32,000 bases of DNA from Aliivibrio fischeri ES114. GTDB taxonomy: Bacteria > Pseudomonadota > Gammaproteobacteria > Enterobacterales > Vibrionaceae. The stretch is taken from assembly GCF_000011805.1 (NCBI RefSeq), contig NC_006840.2. The stretch is one strand, 5' to 3'. The notes beneath the pieces are model-generated. The model ran no database searches. It saw only the letters and a list, made by a program, of their open reading frames with translations, and was not told the origin of the DNA. The position numbers and the translations under genes are program-made. Of this stretch, positions 1-11,400 are shown one piece after another; the stretch's first letter is position 1; every line of letters begins with the position of its first letter.

Positions 1-486
<486 letters not shown>

Positions 487-747
487 TTACATTAAATTCT
501 ACTTATACGATACAGTTATATACCTATTCCTACCTATTTTCAAAGTGTTATGTTTATTAATTATATTTCGAACATATTACAGACAAATACATTAAAGAAA
601 TGTGAACAACTGTCGATAAATCTTAATGACAACCCGTATATAACTCCCCTATACGTTAAATTAACTATTGGAGTTAATCACCTGCTATTCATTTAGTTTA
701 CAAGGTGTTACACTGGAAAATATTACTACTGGATGTATGATAAAAAT

Positions 748-1512
748 ATGAATATTGCTCTTATTATTGGTCTTTTTGGGATTCTGCTTACATTGATTAT
801 TGGCTATAACATCATTGTTCAATATAGAACAAAGATCGAATCTGCCAAAAAACAAGAATCTGCAAAGCATATGGTTATCATTGATTCTACTGAAGAATTA
901 ATCAGTAACGCACACCATCTGCCTTACAGCAAAGAATTACTTGTTTGTTTGAATCAACGTATTCTTGATGCTTTAAGAGCGATTTCAGAGCTTGAACCGC
1001 ATGACCGCTCATACCCAGGCCGTATTGAGAACATGGAGCAACAGCTTCAGCAGTTAAAAACAGACTATACAGGTGGCGATAGCACCAACTTCAAAGTACC
1101 AAGTAACGATAAACAAGCTATCGTTATGTTAAAACTTGTTAAACGCCTTCGTGATACCCTCCGTGCTGAACACCGTAAAGGACGTGTTAATACACAAGTA
1201 TTTGTGGCTGAAAACGCTCGCCTTGAATCTATTCAAGTTCGTATCAATATCGAAAACGTGGTTAAACGTGCTAAAGAGGCAACACAGCGTGGCCAAGCTG
1301 GTACCGCTCGTCAATTACTTAAGAAAGGTATTGATGCCCTTTCAAGCAAAAACGATGGCTACTCAAACAAGGCTCGCACTCGTTTACAAGAAATGCTTGA
1401 TGAATTAAATAATAAGACTAAGAAGAAACAAGACCAAGAATTACAAGATCAATTGGATAAGAATAAAGACGACGATATCGATGTTCTTTTCCAGCCAAAG
1501 AAAAAATGGTAA
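748..1512 (+). CDS. Conserved hypothetical protein with an N-terminal transmembrane helix and a Lys/Gln-rich coiled C-terminus
   Basis: ORF 733..1512. The internal ATG at 748 (MNIALIIGLFGILLTLIIGYNIIV...) is the more plausible start. One N-terminal hydrophobic segment followed by a helical, charged protein. Confidence 0.75.
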   Translation: MNIALIIGLFGILLTLIIGYNIIVQYRTKIESAKKQESAKHMVIIDSTEELISNAHHLPYSKELLVCLNQRILDALRAISELEPHDRSYPGRIENMEQQLQQLKTDYTGGDSTNFKVPSNDKQAIVMLKLVKRLRDTLRAEHRKGRVNTQVFVAENARLESIQVRINIENVVKRAKEATQRGQAGTARQLLKKGIDALSSKNDGYSNKARTRLQEMLDELNNKTKKKQDQELQDQLDKNKDDDIDVLFQPKKKW

Positions 1513-1524
1513 CCAATACCTACC

Positions 1525-1556
1525 AAAAAAAAGATCGCATAATGCGATCTTTTTTA
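1525..1556. terminator. Bidirectional Rho-independent terminator between the hypothetical gene and miaE
   Basis: AAAAAAGATCGC-ATAAT-GCGATCTTTTTT: perfect stem with A-run and T-run flanks, between convergent genes. Confidence 0.85.
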
Positions 1557-1574
1557 TGTCTGTCTTAATAACAC

Positions 1575-2333
1575 TTAAACAGGAACACCACTGTGGAATT
1601 TAAAATCACTGTCTGGTGTTAATATCAAATCCGCTTCAACCTGAGCAAAAAATGCAACACGCTCATCCACATTCCCCCCAGCAACCTGCTGTGCTAGTGC
1701 TAAGTAATCTTGATAATGACGAGATTCAGATCGAAGTAATGAAATGTAGAACTTAGCCAAATCATCATCTAAAAACGGAGCTAACTTAGCAAAGCGCTCA
1801 CAAGAACGAGCCTCAATAAAAGCACCAATGATCAACTTATCAATTAAGGTACATGGCTCATGAGTAATCACTCTCGTAAATAACCCTTTTGCATAGCGCC
1901 CTGCTCTAATATTTTGATAAGGCACACCACGCTGATCCATAATTTCTAATACTTGATAAAAATGATGAAGCTCTTCTTTTATCAATAACACCATTTTATC
2001 AATCAGATCTTGGCTATAAGGTGAATCAGCACGTGCAGTGATCTTTTTAGAGATGTTACTTTTACCCTTTAGCGTCTCTAATGACCCTACATGTTTATAG
2101 GCAAATTCTTCATACGGTTTGAACCAATCCAGTAATGCCTTTGCTCCTTCAGCATCAACAGCGTATTTGCGGATTAAATACATTGCACTCTGTGCCGCTT
2201 TTAATTCACACATTAAGTGATCACGCAAAATAACTGATAAGTTTTCAGGCTTTCTTGCTTCTTCTATCCATTCGTCAGGCGTTTCACACTGCAGAAAAGA
2301 ATAAATTGGGTCTAATAAAGATTTGTCGTACAT
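1575..2333 (-). CDS. miaE: tRNA-(ms[2]io[6]A)-hydroxylase
   Basis: 252 aa. Di-iron ferritin-like motifs (EELHHFYQVLE, EARSCERF, ESRHYQDY) and overall match to MiaE. Confidence 0.9.
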   Translation of the reverse strand: MYDKSLLDPIYSFLQCETPDEWIEEARKPENLSVILRDHLMCELKAAQSAMYLIRKYAVDAEGAKALLDWFKPYEEFAYKHVGSLETLKGKSNISKKITARADSPYSQDLIDKMVLLIKEELHHFYQVLEIMDQRGVPYQNIRAGRYAKGLFTRVITHEPCTLIDKLIIGAFIEARSCERFAKLAPFLDDDLAKFYISLLRSESRHYQDYLALAQQVAGGNVDERVAFFAQVEADLILTPDSDFKFHSGVPV

Positions 2334-2530
2334 AGTTTTTAACCATTAAAAGTTCTTATCGCCAGTATACCAAACCTCACCATATAAATTCATTACGTAA
2401 GGTAAAAATCAACAGTCCTTTTCTTTCAATAACTTAAAATCAATGCTGCTTTAATTGCGTTTAAGATCTCAATAAACAAGCAAAAATAGCTTGATCATTA
2501 ACCGATTTAAAAGTACTGTATAAATACACA

Positions 2531-2546
2531 CTGTATGGATGAACAG
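2531..2546 (+). promoter_or_regulatory. LexA (SOS) box upstream of the sulA-like gene
   Basis: CTGTATGGATGAACAG fits CTGT-N8-ACAG and closely resembles the reverse complement of the E. coli sulA operator. A weaker overlapping box CTGTATAAATACACAC lies at 2516-2531. Confidence 0.75.
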
Positions 2547-2556
2547 GTATTTTATT

Positions 2557-2940
2557 ATGAACACAGCAATGGCTCTTACTACTTACTCAAACTCATTTAA
2601 TTATTCTATCTCTCAACGCATTTCTAGCGCTGCTAGCCAAGTAAATGCACAGTGTGAGAGCCAGTTTATTCAAATTTTAAAAAGCTTGTCTAAACAAAAT
2701 AAATGGATTTTCATTACTGCAAATACAGCAATGCCAAGTAGTGAATCGCTTCTAAAGCATGGTATTGAACTAAGTAAATTCGTACGTTTAAAAGAATCTC
2801 ATCGTTTAACGGAAAGTGAAACGATCGAAAAAGCAAAACAATTAGGCACAGCCAGTGCCATTATTTCTAATGCTAATTGTTTTTATTTTTCCGATTCACA
2901 ATGGCTAACCCTGAACAGAAAATTAACCGTATTGCATTAA
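2557..2940 (+). CDS. sulA: SulA-like SOS-induced cell division inhibitor
   Basis: ORF 2539..2940. The ATG at 2539 lies inside the LexA box, so 2557 is the more plausible start. KWIFITANTAMPSSESLLKHGIELSKFVRLKESHRLTESETIEKA resembles the SulA core, and the LexA box gives independent support. Confidence 0.72.
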   Translation: MNTAMALTTYSNSFNYSISQRISSAASQVNAQCESQFIQILKSLSKQNKWIFITANTAMPSSESLLKHGIELSKFVRLKESHRLTESETIEKAKQLGTASAIISNANCFYFSDSQWLTLNRKLTVLH

Positions 2941-2970
2941 ATATAGGTGAGCATAGCTGTAAATTAACAA

Positions 2971-3357
2971 CTACTGTGTTTTCTCATTTAGGTGGACATG
3001 GAGTAAATCAAAATCATCAGTTGATTGAGAAATGTCTGTGAAGGTGTTTTCAAGAATATAATTAATCTGCTCTTCATCCAAAGTATAAGGCAGCTTAATT
3101 TCTAGATCGGTGATCCCTTCAATACGCGCTAGGCGAATTAAACGAATAATATTTGATTCATCATTAATATGAGAAGAAAGCACTTGAAGCGCTTCTGCTT
3201 GAAGTCTTTCAGATAATGGTCTTGCATCATGAACAGAAGCATTCCATACCGTTCCAAATGTCGGAATGATACTCTTTAACGCTTGTGAAAACGTCCACTT
3301 TTGCTTACTTGAATTTACAAGAAACGAGCTGTAATCAAACTCTATTTTATTGCTCAT
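2971..3357 (-). CDS. Hypothetical protein (128 aa)
   Basis: Intact ORF convergent to sulA. No family recognised with confidence. Confidence 0.6.
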   Translation of the reverse strand: MSNKIEFDYSSFLVNSSKQKWTFSQALKSIIPTFGTVWNASVHDARPLSERLQAEALQVLSSHINDESNIIRLIRLARIEGITDLEIKLPYTLDEEQINYILENTFTDISQSTDDFDLLHVHLNEKTQ

Positions 3358-3554
3358 GAATTGCCTCGATATATTCCAACATCTACTTTCAACATCCTAT
3401 TGAAAAGCATTATTTTTTGTTTCTAATTATTAGTATCCCGAATATTGTTCTTATCGCAAGTAGAAAATTGGACATTGATCACACTTAATAATTCTTAGCT
3501 CTTTACCTTATCATTGCTCTAACACATATTTTACACTCGCACATTTTGGCAACA

Positions 3555-3580
3555 AAAAACCGCTACAATGAGCGGTTTTT
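3555..3580 (-). terminator. Rho-independent terminator downstream of the FapA-family gene
   Basis: AAAAACCGCT-ACAATG-AGCGGTTTTT, perfect 10-bp arms, 30 nt past the stop codon. Confidence 0.8.
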
Positions 3581-3609
3581 ATATCATTTGATTCTAATTG
3601 AGTTGAGGA

Positions 3610-5301
3610 TTAATTATCCGTCAAGCTCGTATTTTTAGAGACAATTGGATCAATCTTTATTTCGTACTCGTTAAAGTAAATCTTACATGGACTGTGTTCA
3701 CGTTTAGTGGTTACTTGCTCATCTGAATACTGAATGGTCACTTTTGGATAAACTCGTTCCGTAACCTTAACAACATTTTCTGTTAGTTGTTTTCTTAGTT
3801 CTTCTTCAGCAGATTGGAAACGATGCATTGAAGCGGCAATTTCACGATTCGATTCTTCTTTCATGTTTTGCACACGTTCGACTTGCTCTGGTGTTCTCTC
3901 TGCTTTTGGAATTTTTGCTAAATCCATTTCTGCACGCACCACTTTCATGGTGTTTTCTTGTGCTTCTTTGTATTTAGCATTTAAGGCAACGATATTCTCT
4001 TTGTACTTATCAAAACGAGTAAATGCTTTTACTAATGTTTCAGTACCTGCCGTTGCACCTAAGTTTACGGTTGTGATATTAGAACCAGCATAAACTTCGC
4101 CACCAACAATAGAACCGTTACGACCACTCTTATCCATTACCGTGACAGAATTCTTACTCTTGATGAAACTCTGAATTGCATGAATACCAAGCTCAATATC
4201 GCCCGACGCTTGTAAGTCAGCTGATTGAACAAACTTAGCCGTGATTTTTCCACCTGCTTTTACAAAACACGTGTAATCTTCACCCGCTTCTACTTGGTGG
4301 CCAATAATGCCTTTCATGGCAATAACATCACCATGGGCTTGAACATCAGCAGATTCAATAAAGCCACCAACAGTTACGCTACCAGTTGCTCTTACAATCA
4401 TATCTGGTGCAATATCACCACTTACAATCACACTACCTTTAAACTTAATGTGACCTGTTGAAATATCAACCGCATTCAAGCAAAGTGCGTTATCGACATC
4501 TGCACCATCTTTGTTAATCCATGGCATTCCAGATGTCGCAGCAATAACCAGATCAGGGTCATCAGGAGATATCATCGCTCCTTTACCTGCTCGCAGTTTG
4601 GTATTTTTTCCCGCAGTTGCTGGAATCACTTCGCCACGAACGGTAAAACCATCAACACCTTTTGTTGGTGGAATGCGTCGAATCAATTCATCGCCTTCCA
4701 CAACCGTAATGGTTTCGCCCAGATCACGCATGTCTACTTTATCTTCTTCCCCTTCCTTTTCCTGAGGCTTTAGTGCTTGCTCACGAAAATCTTCAACTAG
4801 GGGAACAAAACTTGCGTTGGTACCATCAATCGGTTCTTTACCTTTAGCGATAACAAGCGACACTTTCTCGCCAGCAGGTAAATTACGACTCAAAAACATG
4901 ATTTTCTTGAGTGCATTTTTACTGATACCACGGGTGATCTCCATGCTAGTTAAGCCAGAAATCACATCACTACTTACAAGATCACGACCACCATACGCAC
5001 CAATGACAGCCATTGTCGCTTTCATGTCACGCTCTTCTATCGCAATAATAACTTCTGCATCACGTCGAGCTGCAACCGTACGGTTCTGATGATGAGCCAT
5101 CATGCCGTTTTTCACATCTTGTATAATCGTTGTAATGATTTTTTCATCAAAATAAAAATTACACGCATTAATCTCTTCTAAACAATCTTTAAAGCTTTTT
5201 AATGTCGGTTCTTCATCCGGCTGAAACTTATCAGGAAAACGTAATACTACAACTGAGTCATCTTCCACTAATGTTAGAAGAGATTTCCACATATTTATCA
5301 C
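3610..5301 (-). CDS. FapA family (DUF342) polymer-forming protein
   Basis: 563 aa with the characteristic repetitive core ATGSVTVGGFIESADVQAHGDVIAMKGIIGHQ...SADLQASGDIELG and a C-terminal coiled coil, typical of FapA/DUF342. Confidence 0.82.
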   Translation of the reverse strand: MINMWKSLLTLVEDDSVVVLRFPDKFQPDEEPTLKSFKDCLEEINACNFYFDEKIITTIIQDVKNGMMAHHQNRTVAARRDAEVIIAIEERDMKATMAVIGAYGGRDLVSSDVISGLTSMEITRGISKNALKKIMFLSRNLPAGEKVSLVIAKGKEPIDGTNASFVPLVEDFREQALKPQEKEGEEDKVDMRDLGETITVVEGDELIRRIPPTKGVDGFTVRGEVIPATAGKNTKLRAGKGAMISPDDPDLVIAATSGMPWINKDGADVDNALCLNAVDISTGHIKFKGSVIVSGDIAPDMIVRATGSVTVGGFIESADVQAHGDVIAMKGIIGHQVEAGEDYTCFVKAGGKITAKFVQSADLQASGDIELGIHAIQSFIKSKNSVTVMDKSGRNGSIVGGEVYAGSNITTVNLGATAGTETLVKAFTRFDKYKENIVALNAKYKEAQENTMKVVRAEMDLAKIPKAERTPEQVERVQNMKEESNREIAASMHRFQSAEEELRKQLTENVVKVTERVYPKVTIQYSDEQVTTKREHSPCKIYFNEYEIKIDPIVSKNTSLTDN

Positions 5302-5357
5302 TCTTATTTATCATTAAACCCAAAGCATTTAGGTTAACTATGTTAATTTACTGTATT

Positions 5358-5645
5358 CTACAGTTCAAAATCACCTAAATCCATGTCGGTGTCTTGACGC
5401 TCAAAAAACGCCACTAAATCGTCATGTCCACCGATATATTTACGGTCAAGGTAAATTTGAGGAACGGTATTCACTGTAATGTTTTCTTTTTCTTGAATTA
5501 AAGCAACCATTTCTTCTTTTGTTAGATCTTCATCTAAGGTTAATACTTTATATTCAATGCCTTTATCGTCCAAAATTGCTTTTGCTTTAACACAAAAAGG
5601 ACATACTGTTTTTGAAAAAATGATCGTTTGATGAGTATTTAACAT
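5358..5645 (-). CDS. Glutaredoxin
   Basis: 95 aa, CPFC active site (FSKTVCPFCVKAKAIL), cis-Pro TVPQIYLDRKYIGGHDDL. Confidence 0.88.
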   Translation of the reverse strand: MLNTHQTIIFSKTVCPFCVKAKAILDDKGIEYKVLTLDEDLTKEEMVALIQEKENITVNTVPQIYLDRKYIGGHDDLVAFFERQDTDMDLGDFEL

Positions 5646-5684
5646 TTTTTGCTCTCTTTAAGTTCAATAATACGAATTCGATAA

Positions 5685-6431
5685 TTAAATGCTGAAAACT
5701 GGGTATGCTTGCAGTTCAGGAATTAACTGGTGCAGCTGTTGTTCATCTTGTGCAATGCCTTTTGCTGAATCACATAAATTTTGTGCTTCGTCTTTCATTT
5801 CTGTGCTGTGTTGCTTCATTTTCTCTTTAATTTTAACTTGCACATCAGCAAACTGTTGCTGTAATTCAGTAAAGTTCAACTCTCCTTCTTGCATCTTTAA
5901 AGATAGAGAGTTAAACACACTCGCAAAAAGTTCTTTATCCATGCTTTGCATCATCACTTCAAAATCTTGTTTCCAAGTAGTATCCACTTCTTTGAAAAAG
6001 TCATGCTCTAATACCATGTCTTTTCCTTGATAAAATTTTTGCTTAGCCGTGTGACCATATTCATCAATTTTGGTCTTAACGCCTTCAAATGATCCTTTTG
6101 CATCAAATGAGGTTTCAATTTCACTAACAAAATCATTAGCTGCTGCAATGCCTTTATCTGTAAAATCAACAATTTCAGGAATATAAGCCGACACTTGTTG
6201 CTGATAACGCTCTATCGCTTCTTTTTGTTTTTGAGTTAGCTGTAACTCTTTACCGTTCACAAAAACTCGACCATCTTGATCAATTCGTAACTTATCCTGT
6301 GACTTCTCAACTTTTACTTCGCCGTTTTGCGTTAAAAGAACATCATTTTCAACATTCACTGGGCACATACTTGCCCACGCATTACCAGATATAATTAACA
6401 TGGCAGTAGCGATCATTTTTTTGGCTGACAT
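5685..6431 (-). CDS. YggN-like DUF2884 family secreted protein
   Basis: Signal peptide (MSAKKMIATAMLIISGNAWA), then MCPVNVENDVLLTQNGEVKVEK..., consistent with the DUF2884/YggN family. Confidence 0.72.
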   Translation of the reverse strand: MSAKKMIATAMLIISGNAWASMCPVNVENDVLLTQNGEVKVEKSQDKLRIDQDGRVFVNGKELQLTQKQKEAIERYQQQVSAYIPEIVDFTDKGIAAANDFVSEIETSFDAKGSFEGVKTKIDEYGHTAKQKFYQGKDMVLEHDFFKEVDTTWKQDFEVMMQSMDKELFASVFNSLSLKMQEGELNFTELQQQFADVQVKIKEKMKQHSTEMKDEAQNLCDSAKGIAQDEQQLHQLIPELQAYPVFSI

Positions 6432-6518
6432 ACGTCTTTCTTCTCTTTATTTTAATTAGTTGCTCAGTTTAACTGATTGCACCTATTTAGCTCAACTTAG
6501 AAAATTAACAGAAAAAAT

Positions 6519-6534
6519 AGCAATCGTTTGCTTT
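6519..6534 (+). promoter_or_regulatory. Candidate PurR operator upstream of purC
   Basis: AGCAATCGTTTGCTTT. The core GCAATCGTTTGC is one base away from the palindrome GCAAACGTTTGC, and the site lies about 75-90 bp upstream of the purC ATG. Confidence 0.65.
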
Positions 6535-6607
6535 TCTTGTGGTAGTCCCAAATAGTTCTGGTATGATGCTCTCAGTTTTTAAACTTTCTTTATATAGGAA
6601 TTCTACA

Positions 6608-7711
6608 ATGAGTCTTTCCGATCAAGTGCTTGCAGTTAATGACGATTTACCGATTCGTACTGATAAACCAGTGCATAGTGGTAAAGTACGTTCAGTGTAT
6701 TGGTTAACTGAAGAAGACAGTCGCCGTCTTATTAAAGAAAAGGGATACAATGTTGCACCTGATGCTCCCCTAGCTATTATGGTGATTAGTGACCGTATTT
6801 CTGCATTCGACTGTATCTGGCACGGTGAAGGCGATTTAAAAGGTATTCCTGGTAAAGGGGCTGCACTAAATGCGATTTCTAACCACTGGTTCCAATTATT
6901 TAAAGATAATGGATTAGCAGATAGCCATATCCTTGATATTCCACACCCATTTGTATGGATTGTTCAAAAAGCAAAACCAGTAATGATTGAAGCTATTTGC
7001 CGTCAATATATTACAGGCTCTATGTGGCGTGCATACACTCAAGGTGAACGCGAATTCTGTGGTATTACTCTACCTGAACGTCTTGAAAAAGATGAGCAAT
7101 TGGCTGAACTACTTTTAACACCATCAACAAAAGGCATTTTAAAAGGTATTGATGGGGTTCCTGAAGTGGATGATGTAAATATCACTCGCAAGAATATCGA
7201 GGACAACTACGATAAATTTAATTTCTCTTGTATTGAAGATATCGCTACTTACGAGAAATTATTGAAAGAAGGTTTTGCCGTTATTGCTAAAGCATTAAAT
7301 AAAATAGACCAAATTTTTGTCGATACTAAATTTGAATTTGGCTATGTAGAAGATGCGCAAGGTAATGAAAAACTGATTTATATGGATGAAGTCGGTACGC
7401 CTGATTCTTCTCGTATTTGGGATACTAAGGCATATCGTTCAGGTCATATTATCGAGAACTCGAAAGAAGGTTTCCGTCAGTTTCTATTAAATCACTTCCC
7501 TGAACCGGATATTTTATTAAATAAAAACCGCATGGAAGAGCGCTTTGCTTTAGCTGAAGAAAATGCCCTTCCTTTGGAAGCGATGATGGACCTATCTAAA
7601 ACCTATTTAGATATCGCAGCAAAAATTACTGGTGCACCAATTACATTGAGTGATAATCCAAAAGCAGAAATCATCAAAGTATTAAAAGAAGAATATCAAT
7701 TAGTCGATTAG
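6608..7711 (+). CDS. purC: Phosphoribosylaminoimidazole-succinocarboxamide synthase (long Vibrio-type form, 367 aa)
   Basis: ATG at 6608 ([33 protein letters not shown]...); SAICAR synthase motifs. The upstream extension in the ORF track (6539) uses a non-ATG start and is not needed. Confidence 0.9.
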   Translation: MSLSDQVLAVNDDLPIRTDKPVHSGKVRSVYWLTEEDSRRLIKEKGYNVAPDAPLAIMVISDRISAFDCIWHGEGDLKGIPGKGAALNAISNHWFQLFKDNGLADSHILDIPHPFVWIVQKAKPVMIEAICRQYITGSMWRAYTQGEREFCGITLPERLEKDEQLAELLLTPSTKGILKGIDGVPEVDDVNITRKNIEDNYDKFNFSCIEDIATYEKLLKEGFAVIAKALNKIDQIFVDTKFEFGYVEDAQGNEKLIYMDEVGTPDSSRIWDTKAYRSGHIIENSKEGFRQFLLNHFPEPDILLNKNRMEERFALAEENALPLEAMMDLSKTYLDIAAKITGAPITLSDNPKAEIIKVLKEEYQLVD

Positions 7712-7736
7712 TCGATTAGTCGATTAGTCGATTAGT
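7700..7736 (+). repeat. Octanucleotide tandem repeat (TTAGTCGA)x4 plus TTAGT over the purC stop codon
   Basis: Read directly: TTAGTCGATTAGTCGATTAGTCGATTAGTCGATTAGT. Confidence 0.95.
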
Positions 7737-7760
7737 ATTTATTTTACTGATGACCAAATA

Positions 7761-7790
7761 AAAATGGCGACCGCATTGGCCGCCATTTTT
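7761..7790. terminator. Bidirectional Rho-independent terminator between purC and the beta-barrel gene
   Basis: AAAATGGCG...CGCCATTTTT stem between convergent genes. Confidence 0.85.
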
Positions 7791-7826
7791 TATCTCTTCA
7801 TATAATGAAAACGAAAGATTTCGTAA

Positions 7827-8300
7827 TTATAGGAAGTGAACCGTTAGGTTAATAGATGCGAAATCGATGTTTTTGTCGTCAACAGTGAAGTTATTGTAAC
7901 CAGCACCTACTGTGAACATTGGGATGATGTTGTATTCAATACCTAAACCGAAAAATGGATCTACGCCGTCATCTTTGAATGCACCTTTCTCTTCCCAGCT
8001 GTGCATACCTGCTTTGCCGTAAACGTGTAGAGGACCAAAGTCGATGCTTGGTTTAACTGCAAAGTTTACAGAAGTTACGTCTGTTGTTTGACCAGCAACA
8101 TCATAAGAACCTAAGTTCCAAGCACCCATTTCAAGACCAATGAAAGGCAGTAGACCTGTACCAATATGAGCACCGTATACCGTTGAGCTCTCGCTTCTGT
8201 AATCAGCAGAACCAACTTGTACGCCACCATAAATTAGAGAGTCTGCAGCAGCTGTTACTGATACGCTTGCTAGAGCTAACGCTAAAAGTGTCTTTTTCAT
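7827..8300 (-). CDS. AcfA-like outer-membrane beta-barrel protein
   Basis: ORF 7827..8333. The internal Met at 8300 begins a clean signal peptide (MKKTLLALALASVSVTAAA), followed by alternating beta strands and a terminal aromatic/hydrophobic strand (SINLTVHFL). Confidence 0.72.
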   Translation of the reverse strand: MKKTLLALALASVSVTAAADSLIYGGVQVGSADYRSESSTVYGAHIGTGLLPFIGLEMGAWNLGSYDVAGQTTDVTSVNFAVKPSIDFGPLHVYGKAGMHSWEEKGAFKDDGVDPFFGLGIEYNIIPMFTVGAGYNNFTVDDKNIDFASINLTVHFL

Positions 8301-8409
8301 CTTAAATCCTATTTTTACAAAAGGGAGCGGCAACCTTTGACGCTCTTTTTAATATTATGGTTATTGAAGCAATTAACATGCCGAAATTAATTCTAGTTTA
8401 GGTGATACA

Positions 8410-11400
8410 TTAGCAATCGGCAATGGCATTTTTGACTCGTTTATCAGAAACTGGATATGGTGTCCCCAATTGTTGAGCAAAATAGCTCACTCTTAACTCT
8501 TCAATCATCCAACGGATCTCTTTTACTTTGTCAGGAATTGGTTGTCCTTTCGGTATCTTATTCAGTAATTCTTTATAATCACTGGTGATCCCTTCGACTT
8601 TAAGCAAATGCATGCGATCACGATTTGGATCGATCGGCAGTTTTTCCATTCGACGCTCAATCGCTTTCATGTAACGGTGGATATCTTGAAGACGCTTCCA
8701 ACCGCACTCCGTTGCAAATCCTTTAAAGATAAGATTCTCTATCTGAGCTTTAATATCCGAAAGCGCAAACGCCATGCTTAAATCAACACGCCCTTTTAAC
8801 TTTTTCTGAATTTGGAAAGCGGTAGTTAAAATCGTTTCAACTTGTTTTGCGATCTCAACAACCGTATCCCCAAGCTCTGCTCGGATATGTTCTTTCATTT
8901 TTTCAAAGGCTTCAGGTTGCCAAACAAGACCACCCTGCTCATCAATTAACTTATCGATACCACAAGCAATGCAATCATCAATCAAGTCCATCACACGACC
9001 ATACTGATTAAAGTACAATCCTAATTTCGATTTATTAGGAAGATTGTCATGTAAATACTTAATTGGTGATGGCACATTAAGAAGAATTAGACGACGTTGG
9101 CCTGCCTTCATTGCATTGTGCTGCTCTTCTTCTGTTTCAAACAGTTTAATTTCTACACTGTCTTTACCATCAACAATCGCTGGATATGCTTTAACTTCAA
9201 ATCCACCACGTTTCTGTTTATACAACGTTGGTAACTCACCAAAGCTCCATGTTTTAAGGCCTTTTTGCTCAATATCATCATCCGCAACTTGTGATAATGT
9301 TTCTTGAACTTTATCTTTTAAGCCTTCTTTTAACTCATACAAATCACGGCTTTCTTTTAGCTTGCGATTACGATGGTCAACAACACGATATGTCACTTTT
9401 AAGTGATCTGGGATCTGTTCTAGTTTCCAATCGTCACGGAACACTTCAAACCCTGTCATTCGACGAAGTTCTTTTTCTAAACTGTCTAATAACGGCGCTT
9501 CGAACGGTACAGCACGAGATAAAAATGCATCAGCATAATTAGGTGCTGGTACGAAATTCTTACGAACGGTTTTAGGTAACGACTTAATCAACGCCATCAC
9601 TAATTCGTGACGTAGACCTGGGATCTGCCAATCAAAGCCATAAGGTTCAACTTGGTTTAAAATTGGTAGTGGTACATGTACCGTTACACCATCGCTGTCT
9701 TGCCCCGGCTCAAATTGGTAACTTAATTTTAGTTTTAAGTTTCCTTGATGCCAGAAGTTTGGATAATCTAAATCCGTTACATGGCTTGCATCACCACGGA
9801 ACAGCATTTCTTTTTCAAAGTTTAATAACTCTGGCGTCTCTTTTTGCGCTTTCTTCCACCACGTATCAAAATGACGGCCAGATACTACATCTACGCCAAC
9901 TCGTTGATCGTAGAATTCAGCTAACTGATCATCATCAACAAGAATATCGCGACGACGAGACTTATGCTCAAGTTCTTCAACTTCTTGTAATAACTTACGG
10001 TTTTGTTTAAAAAACTGATGCTTAGTATGCCAATCACCTTCAACTAGAGCTGAACGAATAAAAATTTCACGACACACAGGCGCATCAATCGCACCGTAGT
10101 TAATTTGGCGTTTAGGTACAATCGGAATACCGTAAATAGTGACTTTTTCATAAGCCATTACTGCTGCTGATTTCTTCGACCAATGTGGTTCACTGTAACT
10201 GCGCTTAATCAAATGCCCTGCTAATGGTTCAATCCATTCAGGCTGAATTTTCGCAACAATTCGACCCCAAAGTTTTGAGGTTTCAACCAGTTCAGCAACC
10301 ATGACCCATTTTGGTTGTTTCTTGAATAAACCAGAAGCAGGGAAGATGTGGAATCGTGCATTACGTGCACCTTGGTATTCATTCTTTTCTTGGTCTTTTT
10401 GACCAATATGAGAAAGCATACCCGCTAAAATTGCAGTATGAACACCTTGATAGCCTGCCGCTTCTTGATTCACTTTGTAATTAAGCTCTTTCATTACTTG
10501 GCTTAATTGGTAGTGAACATCTTGCCATTCACGTACACGTAAATAGTTCAAAAAGTCTTTACGACATTGCTTTCTAAATTGATTACTTGAAAGCTCTTTC
10601 TGTTTTGCTTTTACATGTTCCCACACGTTCACAAACGTTAAGAAATCCGAATCTTCATGATTAAAGCGTTTATGCTTATCATCAGATTGTTGTTTCTTAT
10701 CGCTTGGACGCTCTCGTGGGTCTTGAATTGATAGTGCCGCTGCAATGATCATCACTTCTTGTAATGCATTATATTTCGGGGCTTCAAGTACCATTCTAGC
10801 TAAACGTGGATCAATCGGAAGACGTGCTAATTCACGACCAACTTTAGTTAAGCTTTTCTTCGGGTCTTTCGCATTTGAATTAATCGCACCTAGCTCTTCA
10901 AGTAGCTTGATACCATCTTGAATATTGCGATTATCAGGGGCTTCTACAAATGGGAAGGCTTGAATATCACCTAACCCTAACGCTGTCATCTGTAAAATTA
11001 CAGACGCTAGGTTAGTACGTAAGATCTCAGGGTCGGTAAACTCTGGACGAGAAATAAAATCTTCTTCAGAGTAAAGACGAATACAGATACCTTCAGATAC
11101 ACGACCACAACGACCTTTACGCTGATTTGCACTGGCTTGTGAAATCGCTTCGATTGGTAAACGTTGTACTTTGGTGCGATAGCTATAGCGACTAATACGT
11201 GCAGTACCTGGATCTATAACGTATTTGATTCCCGGAACAGTAAGAGATGTTTCTGCTACGTTAGTGGCTAATACAATTCGACGACCAGCGTGTGGTTGGA
11301 AGACACGATTCTGCTCTTGTGCAGATAAACGTGCGTATAACGGTACAATTTCCGTATCACGTAGATTACGTTTTTCTAATGCTTCTGCGGTATCACGAAT

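Noticed and set aside
685-870. Minus-strand 61-aa ORF 685..870 as a small gene
   Set aside because: It overlaps the start of the 748..1512 CDS, has no RBS or domain support, and its N-terminus is low complexity.
3863-5089. Plus-strand ORFs (3863..4093, 4225..4461, 4511..4765, 4817..5089) within the FapA-family gene
   Set aside because: They are antisense to a confident CDS, and their Ser/Thr/Pro-rich translations are typical of spurious reading.
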